Below are positions 50,956 through 63,479 of a stretch of 64,000 nt of DNA, one piece after another. The stretch comes from Octopus sinensis. Lineage: Eukaryota. The notes under the pieces are model-generated. The model had not been told where the DNA came from, ran no database searches, and saw only the letters and a program-made list of their open reading frames with translations. Where the stretch lies: NCBI RefSeq assembly GCF_006345805.1, contig NC_042998.1:157542001-157606000 (forward strand), in the 5' to 3' direction. How positions within the stretch are numbered: the first letter of the stretch is position 1; the number at the start of each line of letters is the position of its first letter. The translations under genes and the position numbers were made by a program.

Positions 50956-51358
50956 CAGGCACGTGCCGTCAGTAATTTTTCAGGGTAGGCATTTAGTGAC
51001 CTTTATATAGTAAAATACCCAAAAATAAGCGAAACACAGGCGCGCGACTGAGTTGTAGGCAGATTTACTTCTGCCTTTATAGCACGTAAAGAAAAGGTTG
51101 TTGAAGAAATGTACGCGGCACGTGTACTACACCAGTATTATGCATAGCTTAAATACTGAGATTGAAAGGCAGGGACGAATTATTCCTACCTAATCTATAA
51201 AAAAATATATTTTGCATTTTATACCTTGTAATCAGATAAACTTTCATGATTTTATTGAATTAGGTGAATATTTTGCCATGAAAAGAAAATGTTGTTATTG
51301 ATCTATTTCATCCAAGGTATGCACAGCCTACCTTGTCTACCTAGACGGCATGTCCCTG
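50956..51358. mobile_element. hAT-like MITE
   Basis: Imperfect TIRs CAGGCACGTGCCGTC / GACGGCATGTCCCTG. The 8-bp flanks ATATATTT and ATACATGT match at 6 of 8 positions. Confidence 0.65.
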
Positions 51359-51728
51359 ATACATGTGTATATAAATATACATATACATGCATAAATATGT
51401 GCATACAAACACACATTCACGAACGCACGCGCACACACACATGAACTATTCCGTGCAGCTTATTTTGAACCGATGTTTTTTTGTAAAATTGCATCTAATC
51501 CAATATCTATTCATAAGCGTATTGTCATGTTCTGTAAAATCACGTACGCAGTGCCATCTAATGTGTAGCTTACAATGCCAAAATTTGGCCCAATTTCTTC
51601 CAGGATCTTCTAGACATATATTACTGCATACCTTTTCCGTCTTCTCTCCAGGGAGTAGAGTCTTAGCTGTTTCAACCTTTCCCAGTAGGTGAGCTGTTGC
51701 AAAGAGACGATCTTCTTTGTGAATCTTA

Positions 51729-51807
<79 letters not shown>

Positions 51808-51840
51808 ATATACATACATACATGCATACATATATATATA

Positions 51841-52253
51841 TTTTAAAATTATAAGTATATGAAAGAATGGAGTTGAACGACTAGTTAACAAATATCCTTT
51901 ATTCTCGACATATGTTTCGAAAGCTGCATATTCCTAATTCCGAAGGAATAAGGAGTACATTATGCAGATTTCTCATCAGGAAAATCAAGGAACTTATGTC
52001 GACATCAAAATGCACAAAAAATTTTAGGTGCACTCTGACGTCACTCATTATAAAGAGACACTCATTATCGCCATGAGCTCCTTGAGAGCGGTCAGATAAA
52101 AGTTTGTTGTGCATTTTGATGTCGACAAAGTTCCTTGAATTTCCTGATGAGAAATCTGCATAATGTACTCCTTATTCCTTCGGAATTAGGAATATGCAGT
52201 CGTTGTTAACTAGTCGTTCAACTCCATTCTTTCATATACTTATAATTTTAAAA
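51841..52253. mobile_element. Fold-back element with ~150-180-bp inverted arms that contain hammerhead ribozymes
   Basis: Arms 51841-~52017 and ~52105-52253 are near-perfect reverse complements apart from a ~30-bp block missing from the right arm. TA on both flanks. Confidence 0.88.
51896..51990 (-). ncRNA. Type I hammerhead ribozyme, intact core, GUC cleavage triplet
   Basis: Minus strand: stem I CCUU-G-AUUUUC / GAGAAU-A-AAGG; CUGAUGA; stem II GAAA(U)CUGCAUA / UAUGCAG(C)UUUC with an extension; GAAAC-AUAU-GUC. Confidence 0.92.
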
Positions 52254-52399
52254 TAAACATACAAATTTCCGCACGAAGACACGTGGTCTATGCCCTAGGG
52301 ACGTAGTTTCAACCGTGTTCTTTCTGATGTGAATTTGATACCCATGTATCGGTTAACTTTCGAATTATCCTTAATAAGATAATTCATTCAATTACTCAA

Positions 52400-52458
<59 letters not shown>

Positions 52459-52464
52459 ATATAC

Positions 52465-52516
<52 letters not shown>

Positions 52517-52589
52517 GTGTGTGTGTATGATATAGCGTGATGTGGATGTATAGCAATATATGACGATTACCTATTCTCAATATCTATGT

Positions 52590-52995
52590 GTGATGTTTGA
52601 ATGTGTGCGCGGATGGAAAGTGAGTACGATGTCCGCGTGCAGGTGTAGTGTGTGACATGTGCAGTCTATTTGGATGTGTACACGTTTCAGATAATGGATC
52701 AGGATTGCGAAATGAAAAAGTAAATGTGTTGTCTACTATGGTGTTGTGAGTGGCGTGAGTAAGGTAAGGTACAGTTATGCTATTGTAATTACACTGTCCA
52801 TAGAGGAAAATAAAATGCCGACCTTTTTAACAGCAAGGAGCAGGGCATTGGTGATGTGAAGTAACACCACAGACGAAGCGACAGGAAATGTATGTGCAGG
52901 TGTATTGAAATGGCGCCCAACTGGTAAAGTGATGTTCTCTAGTAAAGTGATATTACGTAAATGGTCAATGATGCATTTCCCCAACTTACGGCCAG
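52590..52995 (-). mobile_element. Penelope-like element, GIY-YIG C-terminus plus 3' terminal repeat
   Basis: GRKLG...DHLRNI...LPVGRHFNTPAHT...LIF. Continues the PLE piece at 54776-55500. Confidence 0.75.
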
Positions 52996-54775
52996 GAATG
53001 CTGTGACCAGAGGACTGATATTTAAGGATATAGATAGTTCATCGGTGTCGGGTGACGTTAAAGTCTATGTTTTCAGTGAAGACAGCGCATGTGACTTCAC
53101 ATTCCACAGCTGGAAGCACGCAGGCACCCACACATATCAGAACGATATCTGTGGCACCCACACATATCAGAACGATATCTGTGGCACCCACAGATATCAG
53201 TAGCCACCTCAATTCAGTCAACTGACCGAAATAAGGTGGCTACTGCCTTGTGATGACTTTCTCTTGCAGCACAGAGACGCTGTAACCAGTCCTCTTCGAA
53301 GGAAGCTGCTGCTTGTGAGGTGAGCGACCTCCACGCTAATCTGTCTGCGGTAGCGACTTCAAGTTTGCGTGAGCTAAGGTTGCTCCATTTGAGGTTACTT
53401 TTCAGAATGTCTCTGTACCTCAGTTTAGGTCTTCCTCGTTTGCGTGAGTCCTACGCTAGCTGACTGTATAACAGCTGTCTGAGTATACGGTTGTCAGTCA
53501 TTCTGATGACATGGCCAGTACAGCGTAACTGAGCCTCAGCAACATTGACCTAATGCTTGTTGAACAAGCTCTGTCCAGCGTTTCTTGGTTTGTTACACTG
53601 TCCTGCCAGCGAATGCTTATATTCCTGTGCAATGCCCTTGTGTGAAACTATTCCAACTGTTTAATGTACCGACGGTATGGGGTTCATGTTTGACATCCAT
53701 ATAGTAGCGTAGAAACGACTACAGTCTCGTAGTTCTTGAGCTTTGTCGATAGATTGATTCCTTTCTGCTGGAGAACTTTCACTTTCAGTATTCAAAGTGC
53801 TTGGCTAGCCTTGTTGATTCTGGATAAAATTTTTCTCTCCCACGATTCATTGGCTGAGATTGTACTGCCAAGGTACCTGGCACTCTCTACGTCCTCAATG
53901 GTAATGATTGGCTAGGGAGAACTGGGTTCGGGGCTGCTTGAACTAGGACCCCCATTTTCTCAAGGCTGGAAGTGATTTTCCCCGTGTGCCATAAGAGTGC
54001 AGCTATCTGCAAATAGGGCTTCAGTGATAAGCGTTTCCACTGTTTTGGTTCGAGCAGAGAGTCGGCAGAGGGCAAAAACAGAACCGTCGGAGCGATATTT
54101 GATGTATATGCCCAGGTTTAGGTATTTCACTGTGTAAAGTAGGACCTGTATGCAAAATAAGTTGAACAGGAGGGGGCGAGTACGCAGCCCTGTTTTACGC
54201 CTTCATGGAAATGTTGAATGAATTGGTTCAGTCACCATTGCAAAGAACCTCACCGGTCATATTGTCATGAAAGGGTTTTATAAATGTGGGGAACGTGAGT
54301 GGACAGCCCACCTTAGGATGGTCCACAAAGCTTCTCTGTTCACTCTGTCAAAAGCTTTGGTAAGGTCTATGAACACATTGCACAATCCATCCGTTGCTCA
54401 ATATGTTTCCTCTTGACTTGTCAGACAGCAAACACCATGTCTACGGTGCTGCGGCCAGGGTGGAAGCCACACTGGACATCAGACAAATTGCTCTTGGAGA
54501 TGCTGGTGATAAGCCTATCAAAGAAGATGCGGGCCAGGATTTTTCCAGCAATGGGAAGCGAGGAAATGTCCCTGTAATTGCTGCAGTCTGATTCAGCTCC
54601 TTTGTTCTTGTAGAGTGTAATCATGGTGGAATCTCGGAAGTCTGCTGACATAGTCTATTCCTCTCAAATGGATACAAGGATATCAAGCAATGCATTGAAA
54701 GCCGTGGTACTCAGTGCCCTGTACAGTTCTTCAGAAATTTTATCTGCTCCCAGAGCTTTGCCATAGTTAATTTAT
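52996..54775 (-). mobile_element. 5'-truncated RTE-clade LINE nested in the Penelope
   Basis: ITLYKNKG..SDCSNYRDIS...GKILARI...QCGF.PGRSTVDMVFAV, DL.KAFD.VNRE, GRPKLRY.DILK; degenerate C2H2 end; 30-bp tandem repeat at 53123-53200. Confidence 0.9.
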
Positions 54776-55500
54776 TTTCATTTCTTTTCATTTAAGGTAG
54801 TAAATAATTTTTTAATGGCGCAGGGGAAATAGTCAGTGGAAAGCAACGCTGGTTGGGTCCAAGAATATTTAGAAGTATAGTGGTAATGAAAGCGCATATG
54901 TTGCACTAGGATTGCGATAAGGGGAAAAGGCTTGGTTGGGTGTTAGGATGGGTAGAAGAGCCCTAGACGAAAAGTTCTCACGAATTAGAAGCCTGTTTGA
55001 AGCAATGGAGGTAGTCTTTCCATGAAGTGGAATAGGTAGAAATTCTGTAAGACAAATCGTTGGAGAGATAAGGTACTAATGTGGAAGATGAAGAAGAACA
55101 TGATCATGGATGGGCAGTACGGGCCGTGAGTGCAATCCACATTACGGATGTAGAAGCGGAAAGTTTTGACAATAGTCTAAAACGACGCACGAGTTGAAGG
55201 GCCATTCCTTGGGAGTGGATCTCAAAATCATGATCGTAGTTACAAAAACGGTGCAAACTTAGGAATAATATAGAGTGGTTGCTGTGGAAAGTGGTGAGGT
55301 CGAAGTAAGACTGGTTTATAGAAAACAAACGAAGAGAGTGAAAGAGAGAGAGAGAGAGAGAGAAAGAGAGGGAGTGGGGTATGCAATAATGACACAGATA
55401 TCGATAAAGTTGGCAGAGGAGATGATAACTATCGAAGTGAACTCAAAGACGAGGTGAAAAGCATCGACGAAGTTGAAGTGGGTGAGTTAAATATTGGTGT
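54776..55500 (-). mobile_element. Penelope-like element, RT C-terminus to GIY-YIG N-terminus
   Basis: FVDAFHLVFEFT...FIDICV, FYKP, then the Cys-rich linker and DYFPCAIK..IYYLK. Interrupted by (GA)n. Confidence 0.7.
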
Positions 55501-56553
55501 ATAATAATTTACTATAATCTTTTTTCGAGCTCCCTGGATAAATATATTTCAATTTTAGACTGTTGTTTTGTATAAGAAAGTAAATTTAGCTCTTAGCGAT
55601 AAAGAAAATGTATTAAAACACTTCGAGTTCTAAAAGCATTAGGTACTTTTTGTTTACTTTGGGATTACGGCTTAAAACGTTCAGAAAATATTTAAAACAA
55701 AGCTGAATAGATTAGAAAACGCGAACTGAAATTAAATTAACTATGAATAATCTTGGTTACAAATTATCATTTATTTGTCATATCTAGCCAAAATACACTT
55801 TGGAACACAATTAGTTTCTACTTTTGAGGTAAGAAAAAAATAATGCCTAATGTTCGTAAGTTTTCTGTTTTTAGTTGAAATATTAAATGCTATAAACAAT
55901 TTTCTAAGTAACAGGAAATAAAATCTATTCATTGAAATAATAGAAATTTTATAATATATAGACAGAGCTTCAATGTCTTGAATACAAAATAATGATGTGA
56001 GAGGAGACAAAGCGTGAATAGACATCAGAAAATGTTACAATTTTAGCAGGACATATGCGCGCGCGCAAACACACACACACACACACATACACAAACTAAA
56101 CAGAAGAGAACAAAAGTACAATTTTATGCGTATAAATACGTCTCTCTGTTTCTCTCCCTGTTTTAATACGTATCACATACATATATACATACACAATGAC
56201 AACCATAACACCGCGTATTTACTATCACTCTGAAAGTGTCCTCATGGGCCTACTTTTACAGTAAGACAATGTACCTATGAATGTGATTCCATGTATTTAT
56301 TTCCTTTTGAGCAGAGTTCTTTCATGGAGCTTATGACCCATTCACTGAAACACCATGAATTAAAAGTCGAAAGAATCAATTGTTTTCCAGTCGGACGATT
56401 CTTACTCTCCTATGCTGTTAAAGCTGTTGTGGTAAAATTACAGTTTAATTTAAAAGGAACCAACCTAAAACGATTTTTTGCAAATGGGCTGCATATTATT
56501 TCTGTATACATAGTTACTCTGCCTTGTTAGTACTTTTGCCAATTAACATTGAA

Positions 56554-56906
56554 TGGCACTCCGTGGGTTAAGACTAATGTTCCAGTTGAACCGATCGACG
56601 GAACTGTCTGCTCGTGAAATTAACGTGCAAAATGTTGAGCACTCCACAGACACGTGTACTTTTAACGTAGATTTCGGGGGAGATTCAGCGTGACATGGCT
56701 GACCCTTTGAACTACAGGTACAACAGAAACAGGCAGAAAGAGCGAGAGAAAGTTGTGACGAAAGAGTTCAGCAGGCACGGCCACCCCTCCTGCCAAAGTC
56801 TCGTGGGGCTTTAGGTGTTTTCGCTCAATAAACACCCATAACGTCCGGTCTGGGAATCGAAACCGTGATCCAATGATCGTGAGACGGCTGCCCTAACCAT
56901 TGCGCC
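56554..56906 (-). mobile_element. tRNA-headed SINE
   Basis: GGCGCAATGGTTAGGGCAG (A box), GGTTTCGATTCCC (B box); 3' body shared with 6378-6685. Confidence 0.85.
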
Positions 56907-57326
56907 TTTAAGTCAATTAACATATATAGCTATCTATTTCTCTCTCTCTCTCTCTCTCTCTCTCCCTCCCTCTGTACGTATTATATATATATATATATAA
57001 AATTCTAATTTCTCTTTACGCATTTTCAACGGACCAGTTGCCTGTTCACTTCCTTTACTCTGTCGAGAGCTGTTCAAGCATACCACTTCTTTTTAAGTAT
57101 TTGTCCCGACACACCGATTTATTATTTTTTTGTGGAAAATCTTTGTTCTTTATCTTTACGTACCAGTAATATTGCTTAACATGGAGGCTATAATAAAAGC
57201 CACCTCTTTATAGTGAGACGCTGTGGTATTGAACCTAGAACTATGTGGTTGTAAAGCTAGCTTCTTTACATCATAGTATGGCTTGCGCCAATTTCCATAT
57301 ATTCTACTTCGGCATTTTCTATAATA

Positions 57327-58347
57327 TCAGATCATCCCATAAGTTCTGTCTGAATTTTGAATATCAAGTGATCAAATGTTATATTTAATTGAAATTTAAT
57401 CGTCAATGTACTTTCCCTGATTATTTATGACCTCCTTCTATCTATTTACAAGCTTTTTAATCCCATCAATGTAAAACACTTTCGGTTTCTAAGCGAAGAA
57501 CTCTGAAATGTCAGTTTCGACCTCCTCCTGGCTTGTGAAAGTTATGTCCCCCAAATGATTCTGTAAACTACGAAACAAATGGTAGTCTGAAGGAGAAAGG
57601 TCAGAATTTTTTCCCAACCTAGTTTTTCTGTGATGTGATCACAGTGTGGGGTTGCGCATTGTTCTGATGAAACATCACCCCTTTTCGATTCACTAAAGCG
57701 CGTCTTTTTTCTCCAAAGCTTGGTTCAAACGCTCTAATTGCTGAGTGTAGACTTGAGCATTGACTGTTGCATTAGGTGGTAACAATTCAAAGTGAATTAC
57801 TCCTTTGAATCCCACAAGATAGAGAGAAGAACCATTTTCCGTGAAGTTCCGTTCTCGGTTGTGGTTGAGCTTTTTCCCTTTTACCAAGCCACTGTTTACA
57901 ACGTTTAACATTTCGATAGAAGACCCATTTTTCGTCACCAGTCACAAGTCTATCCAAAAAGGGTGAAATGAATTCTCAAGAATGGAGGGAAGAGCAGATG
58001 TCGACTCGGGATTTGCGATTGCTTTCGGACAATTCATGAGGCACCCATTTTCCAAGTTTAGGAACTTTTCCAAGTTGTTGAAGATGACGATGAACAGTTG
58101 TATGGTTTTAACTAAGCTTTATTGCCAATTCTTCAACTGATAATGCAGGATTTTTTCAAGTAATGCATCAAGGATCTTATCATCAAATTCAACTGTACGT
58201 CCTATTCGATCTTCCTCTTCAAGGCTGAAATCTCCACTTCAAATGCTTAAAAATATTTTTTGGTTCTATTAGACATACTAAAATACTATTAAATTTCATT
58301 CAATCTTAAAAAAGGTAAAATCGGACAGAACTTATGGGATGAACTGA
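57327..58347 (-). mobile_element. Internally deleted mariner, same family as 33006-34238
   Basis: Same TIR (TCAGATCATCCCATAAGTTCTGTC) with TA flanks; the N-terminal HTH region is deleted at ~58235. Confidence 0.92.
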
Positions 58348-59460
58348 TATAAGCGTAACGACAGATAAAAGAAATTTAGAAAAATATAATATTATGATAT
58401 GACAGAACGTTTAATAAATATTTACAATCGAGTATCGGGAAATGATTTTATAGTTCTAATTTGCAGTCAACTTATCTCTCTACTAAGATACACTTGAGAC
58501 GTTGCTTGAAATGTCTGTTTGAAAAACAAACAATCTGTGGTTTGAAATTGTGTCTTAACGTATTCAAATAATTCAAACAATATTTAAATGATTGTTGTAC
58601 GGACCCTAATCTAGAATAGGAAGTACAATAGATACAGCTTAATTTTGATATTTGGTGTCTAATTTTAAATGCGCTATTACAATTATATTTGATTAGTCTT
58701 TAACTTCAGCTTGCTGTATAAGAGCGTAAGTTCGTTTCAGTTTCTGTTTTAATACTCATTCATCTGCCGAGATTATTTTGACTAAAAATTCAGTAACCTT
58801 TATCAGTTACCTCCTCGTTCTTTCAATGTTTGTTGTTCTGTTTCTAATTGAATAACATAAACATTGATCTTCATAATTTGTCTAATTCTATTTCACGAAA
58901 GCCTCTGTTTAGTTTTGTGTTTGTAATTCAAATGGTTTTTACTGAATCATAATTTAATTTAGAAGAGCTGAATTTGGTTTTGCAACCGGTCAACCATGCA
59001 GGAATCACATATATATTTGCAATTTAGCACATCCGTACTTTGAAATATTATCTATATGCAGTTGTATCCGTTCATTTACTTTCAACTATATCTGTTCACT
59101 GATACGGAAATTTATTGCTTCATTGGTAAACAAAACATTGTTTCCACTGGCGTACATGTACATCTGTTCATCTATATACAAATGTATCAATTCACTGAAA
59201 GATAATATTTTTGTTCAGTACCACAAATTTATATATGTGTACCTCAGTATTCTTTTTATGAGGAATATAAACGATAATTTATGTATGTATATATGTATAT
59301 ATACGAAAGAATGTGCTTCTTCATAGATGTGTGTTTGTATATGTGTGAGTACGCATGTATGTACGTATGTATGTATGTGTGAGTATGTATGTATTATGTG
59401 TGTATGAATGTATGCATGTATTATTATTATTATTATTGTTATTATCATTATTATTATTAT

Positions 59461-60019
59461 TGAGTGAGAGAGCAGTGCATGCCATCAAAGTGACACTGGG
59501 GTAAAATATAAGAAGCCCAGTACACCCATCATGACTACCGGTCTAATAAAGGTACGCTAGGCACATGCATCACAACCACATGTGCGCGACATGGTGATCT
59601 CATATCAAGATAAAAAGCACATGACCTTGCAGGTTGGGCTCAGAATTTTCTTCAGGTCGAGTAGCCCATCCCGCTCAAAAGGTCCCTGAATAAGGGTTGT
59701 TTAAGGATGTTGAACGAAAAACCCATGTTTCCAGAGGTGAATTATTCAAACCCCAAAGAATCCCTCTCAATACATGGATTTGATGCTCCCCCACTACTTC
59801 TGCTCGTGATCATAGATGCACATAACGTCAGCCACTAAGGGACATGCTCAAATGGTTAAGGTCAAACAACTGACAAGCAAATCTGAGGTATTGAGCAGAA
59901 TATTTGCAGTTGCCCATCTTTTATACCAAGACAAAACAATGTACATAATAACACTTCCAATCTGTTAAGATCAGAAGCTACGAGAACCACTGCTTGGTAC
60001 TGCATCAGGGCATCGGTAC
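59461..60019. mobile_element. ~560-bp non-coding interspersed repeat flanked by (ATT)n on both sides
   Basis: Second, deleted copy at 10953-11194. No ORF, no tRNA head and no TIR seen. Confidence 0.75.
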
Positions 60020-60740
<721 letters not shown>

Positions 60741-61534
60741 TGGTAGTAGTATAGAATCTAACTTTGTTAAAGTTTGCCGGGAGAGAAAGACATTTTCGTA
60801 GATAACTGCTATATATTTATATACATTTTAAACCCTTCCCAGAATAATTTAAATCTATTGGAGAGGCTATAAAAGTCTAGCCAAAAGAGAATTTTGTTAA
60901 CATTGCACTAATTTCCTGTCAAACTGCAGTTTGCAATGTAAGTCTCTATTTCAACTTCTCTTGATATAATTTACGTGTACAAGTCCTAATTTACGAATCT
61001 TCAGAATTATCTCCATTTTTATTTCAAAATGAATTTTATCACTTGACCTCGTGTTATGGATAAACTGAGACTTTTCATAACTTTGGTGTACAGTCGACGG
61101 TTTAGTGTTCAGTACACCTTAATTTAGATATTTAGACCAAGTGAAGTGCAAAGAGTACTTATGTCATCTTAAATAATTAAACTGATATCGCACTACTGAT
61201 TGCGTTGGTATCAGCGTTAGTGTTGCTCTCAATACCAGCTATGTTCAAACAAGCGAAATTCTTCGTGGTGTAAGATATATTTAATCATCCGATGTCAATA
61301 ATGTTAACTTAGAAAGTAAAAGAGGCTTCTCTTATCTGTAAGAAAGGAAATGCACCAGATACTGATTTAGACTTAAGATTTAAGGAGTTTGTCTATATTT
61401 GAACCATTTCTTATTTTGATTACAATTTAATGACTTGTACTATCTTTGTGTATTTTATTTAATTTTAAAGTATTTAATTATTTAAGTATTATTTTATTTT
61501 TCACTTATGTATATTTAGGATTTTCATATATATA

Positions 61535-62075
61535 TAAAACTTAGATAAAACTTAGATATGTTTCGACCAGAGATTGGTCCAGGCCATGTCTAACTTAATA
61601 GCACCACCTGATAGGATTATTCGAATCCTGTTTAAGTCAAGTTTTGTTCAAGTAGTGAGTTCTTGTTGGGTGAGTTGTATCCAGTTTTGTTCAAGTAGTG
61701 AGTTCTTGTTGGGTGAGTTGTATCCAATTATGGGTGGCTTGTCTGGTATTCTTTGAAGGAATCTATCCAGACTCTGTTTGAAGTTGATGGGATCCTTTTC
61801 CTCTTTGATCTCCCTCGGGACAATGTTAAATAGGGCAGGGCCTGTTGAGGAAAAGAAATTATGTTGCAGTGTACATGTATGTTGTGATCTTGAATTTGGC
61901 AGGGGACGTATAGCCCGTGGTCCAAGTCTCGGATGAACCTTGAAGCTAATGTTTAGGTCGTTTGGGCAAAGTTGGCGGTATATTTTCCACATCGTACAAA
62001 TGATGTACCGCTCACGGCGACGCTGGAGGGAGTAAAGTTTCAAGGCTTTAAGGCGATCCCAATAGTCGATCCCAA
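61535..62075 (-). mobile_element. 5'-truncated CR1/L2-group LINE 3' end
   Basis: DYWDRLKALKLYSLQRRRERY...GPALFN..P.EI...FK..LD.FL..IPDKP; 43-bp tandem duplication at 61640-61725; (CTAAGTTTTAT)2 tail. Confidence 0.85.
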
Positions 62076-62120
62076 AAGTATATTTATTAATTCATTATTT
62101 TATTGTTCTAGTTTATTTTT

Positions 62121-62207
62121 AACCTGATGAGTGACTATATTTATATCCAAGTGATTTCTCTACTACTATAATCATTTCTTAAATATAGCCACGAAACACA
62201 TGTCGTT
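62121..62207 (+). ncRNA. Type I hammerhead ribozyme, intact core, GUC triplet, short stem I
   Basis: CUGAUGA 62124-62130; stem II 62131-62143 pairs with 62180-62192 (12 of 13); GAAAC 62193-62197; ACAU loop; GUC 62202-62204; stem I AAC/GUU. Confidence 0.75.
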
Positions 62208-62304
62208 TTTCTACCTATTATATACGTTATTATTATTTTTTGCAATTTATTTAATCTTTGACATTTTATTGTTATTTCAATTTCAATTTTTCTATTATAT
62301 GTAA

Positions 62305-62821
62305 CTAGCAGTATCGCCCGGCGTTGCTCGGGTTTGTAAGGGAAATAACTATATAAGCATTTTTAGAGAGTTACTTCCCTTATAGATGCCAATTCGGGCT
62401 TTCTTAGCCATTTCTGTTTTGGTGTCTTCAAGCCATGAAGTCGTTGTTCTAAAAGAACGCTGGTCTCCTTGACAACGCTTTACGACGTTGATTTCCTTAC
62501 ACTCCCTTCCCCACAGCTTCACGAGGGAGGGAAGAAGGGGGAGAAGCAAACACAGGTGCAGGTGTTTGAGCGTGGACGCCAACTCCGCCGCCATTGACAC
62601 ACGAAAAATTATGCATTGAAATGGAATAAAAAATGATGTTAAATTATTTTTAAAATCGTAGACTCATTGTAGACGCGCACTAATAGCCAGACGGGCTCGA
62701 TATTAATCACGACTATAAGATACCCGAATTTGGTTAAACTGCACCGCAAAATGTGGGAGGAGTTAGGAATCTAAATCGAAGGGAACAGACACTCACACAA
62801 CTACAGTTTTATATATATAGA
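62305..62821 (-). mobile_element. Non-autonomous Helitron
   Basis: Minus strand A|TC...CCCGAGCAACGCCGGG hairpin...CTAG|T: canonical 5' TC, 3' hairpin plus CTAG, inserted at an AT dinucleotide. Confidence 0.88.
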
Positions 62822-62826
62822 TTTTA

Positions 62827-63110
62827 CAACTTATAAACAAGGGCAAAAGAAAAAATTCCAATGCCAAATATGCCGAAATATAGACTTAATCGTCAATAAC
62901 CATATAATTTATCACTATAAGCACGCGTCTCAAAAGTAAGCCAATAGAAATTTCTAAAAAATTCGTTATTATCGGATTGGTACCAATTTCTGAGTTAATT
63001 CATTTAGAATTTTCTCATCATCGGCGATAAATACGATAAGAAAATTAATTAGATACTTACTTGTACCCATGGAAGAAGTAAATACTAAGTCATGAGCACA
63101 TTTAAGTACC
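62827..63110 (-). mobile_element. Second, non-folded-back copy of the hammerhead-bearing unit at 5307-5564
   Basis: Colinear by-eye alignment over ~280 bp with the spacer and right arm of 5182-5564. Confidence 0.85.
62964..63035 (-). ncRNA. Type I hammerhead ribozyme, U4C core variant, AUC triplet
   Basis: CCGAUGA; stem II UGAG/CUCA plus AAUUC/GAAUU; GAAA; stem III palindrome AUUGGUACCAAU; stem I CGUAUUUAUCG / CGAUAAUAACG. Confidence 0.8.
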
Positions 63111-63479
63111 CCAAATATATCCAAAATAGAAATCCAACAGTATACCTCAAGCCACGTGTGATCGGACTGAAAATTCTCATAGAGTGAGAGGGTCCGGAAG
63201 TGAATACATAAATGCATACATCTCGCAATCGGAATCTGTCCAGATACCAATCTCGAACATCTAAACGTTCTTAGTTAAATTATATTTTACATTATTCTCT
63301 GTATGAAGATATCATGTGGTTCATGCAATTTTACCAGTAACTTAGAGTGATATAAAAAGAAAAGCCCTCGGTGACTGTGTTACATAAAGAGACACCTACT
63401 CCGAATTACAGCAACTGAATTATGTTTAAATTTTTTAATCAATTATAATAGTATAACGTAGGAAGTGCATTTAAGTTGT

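Noticed and set aside
52255-52400. Additional hammerheads just right of the 51.8-kb fold-back (GAAAC-UAC-GUC; GAAUUAUC/GAUAAUUC-GAAA)
   Set aside because: CUGANGA is not recoverable and stem I does not pair, so they are too decayed to call.
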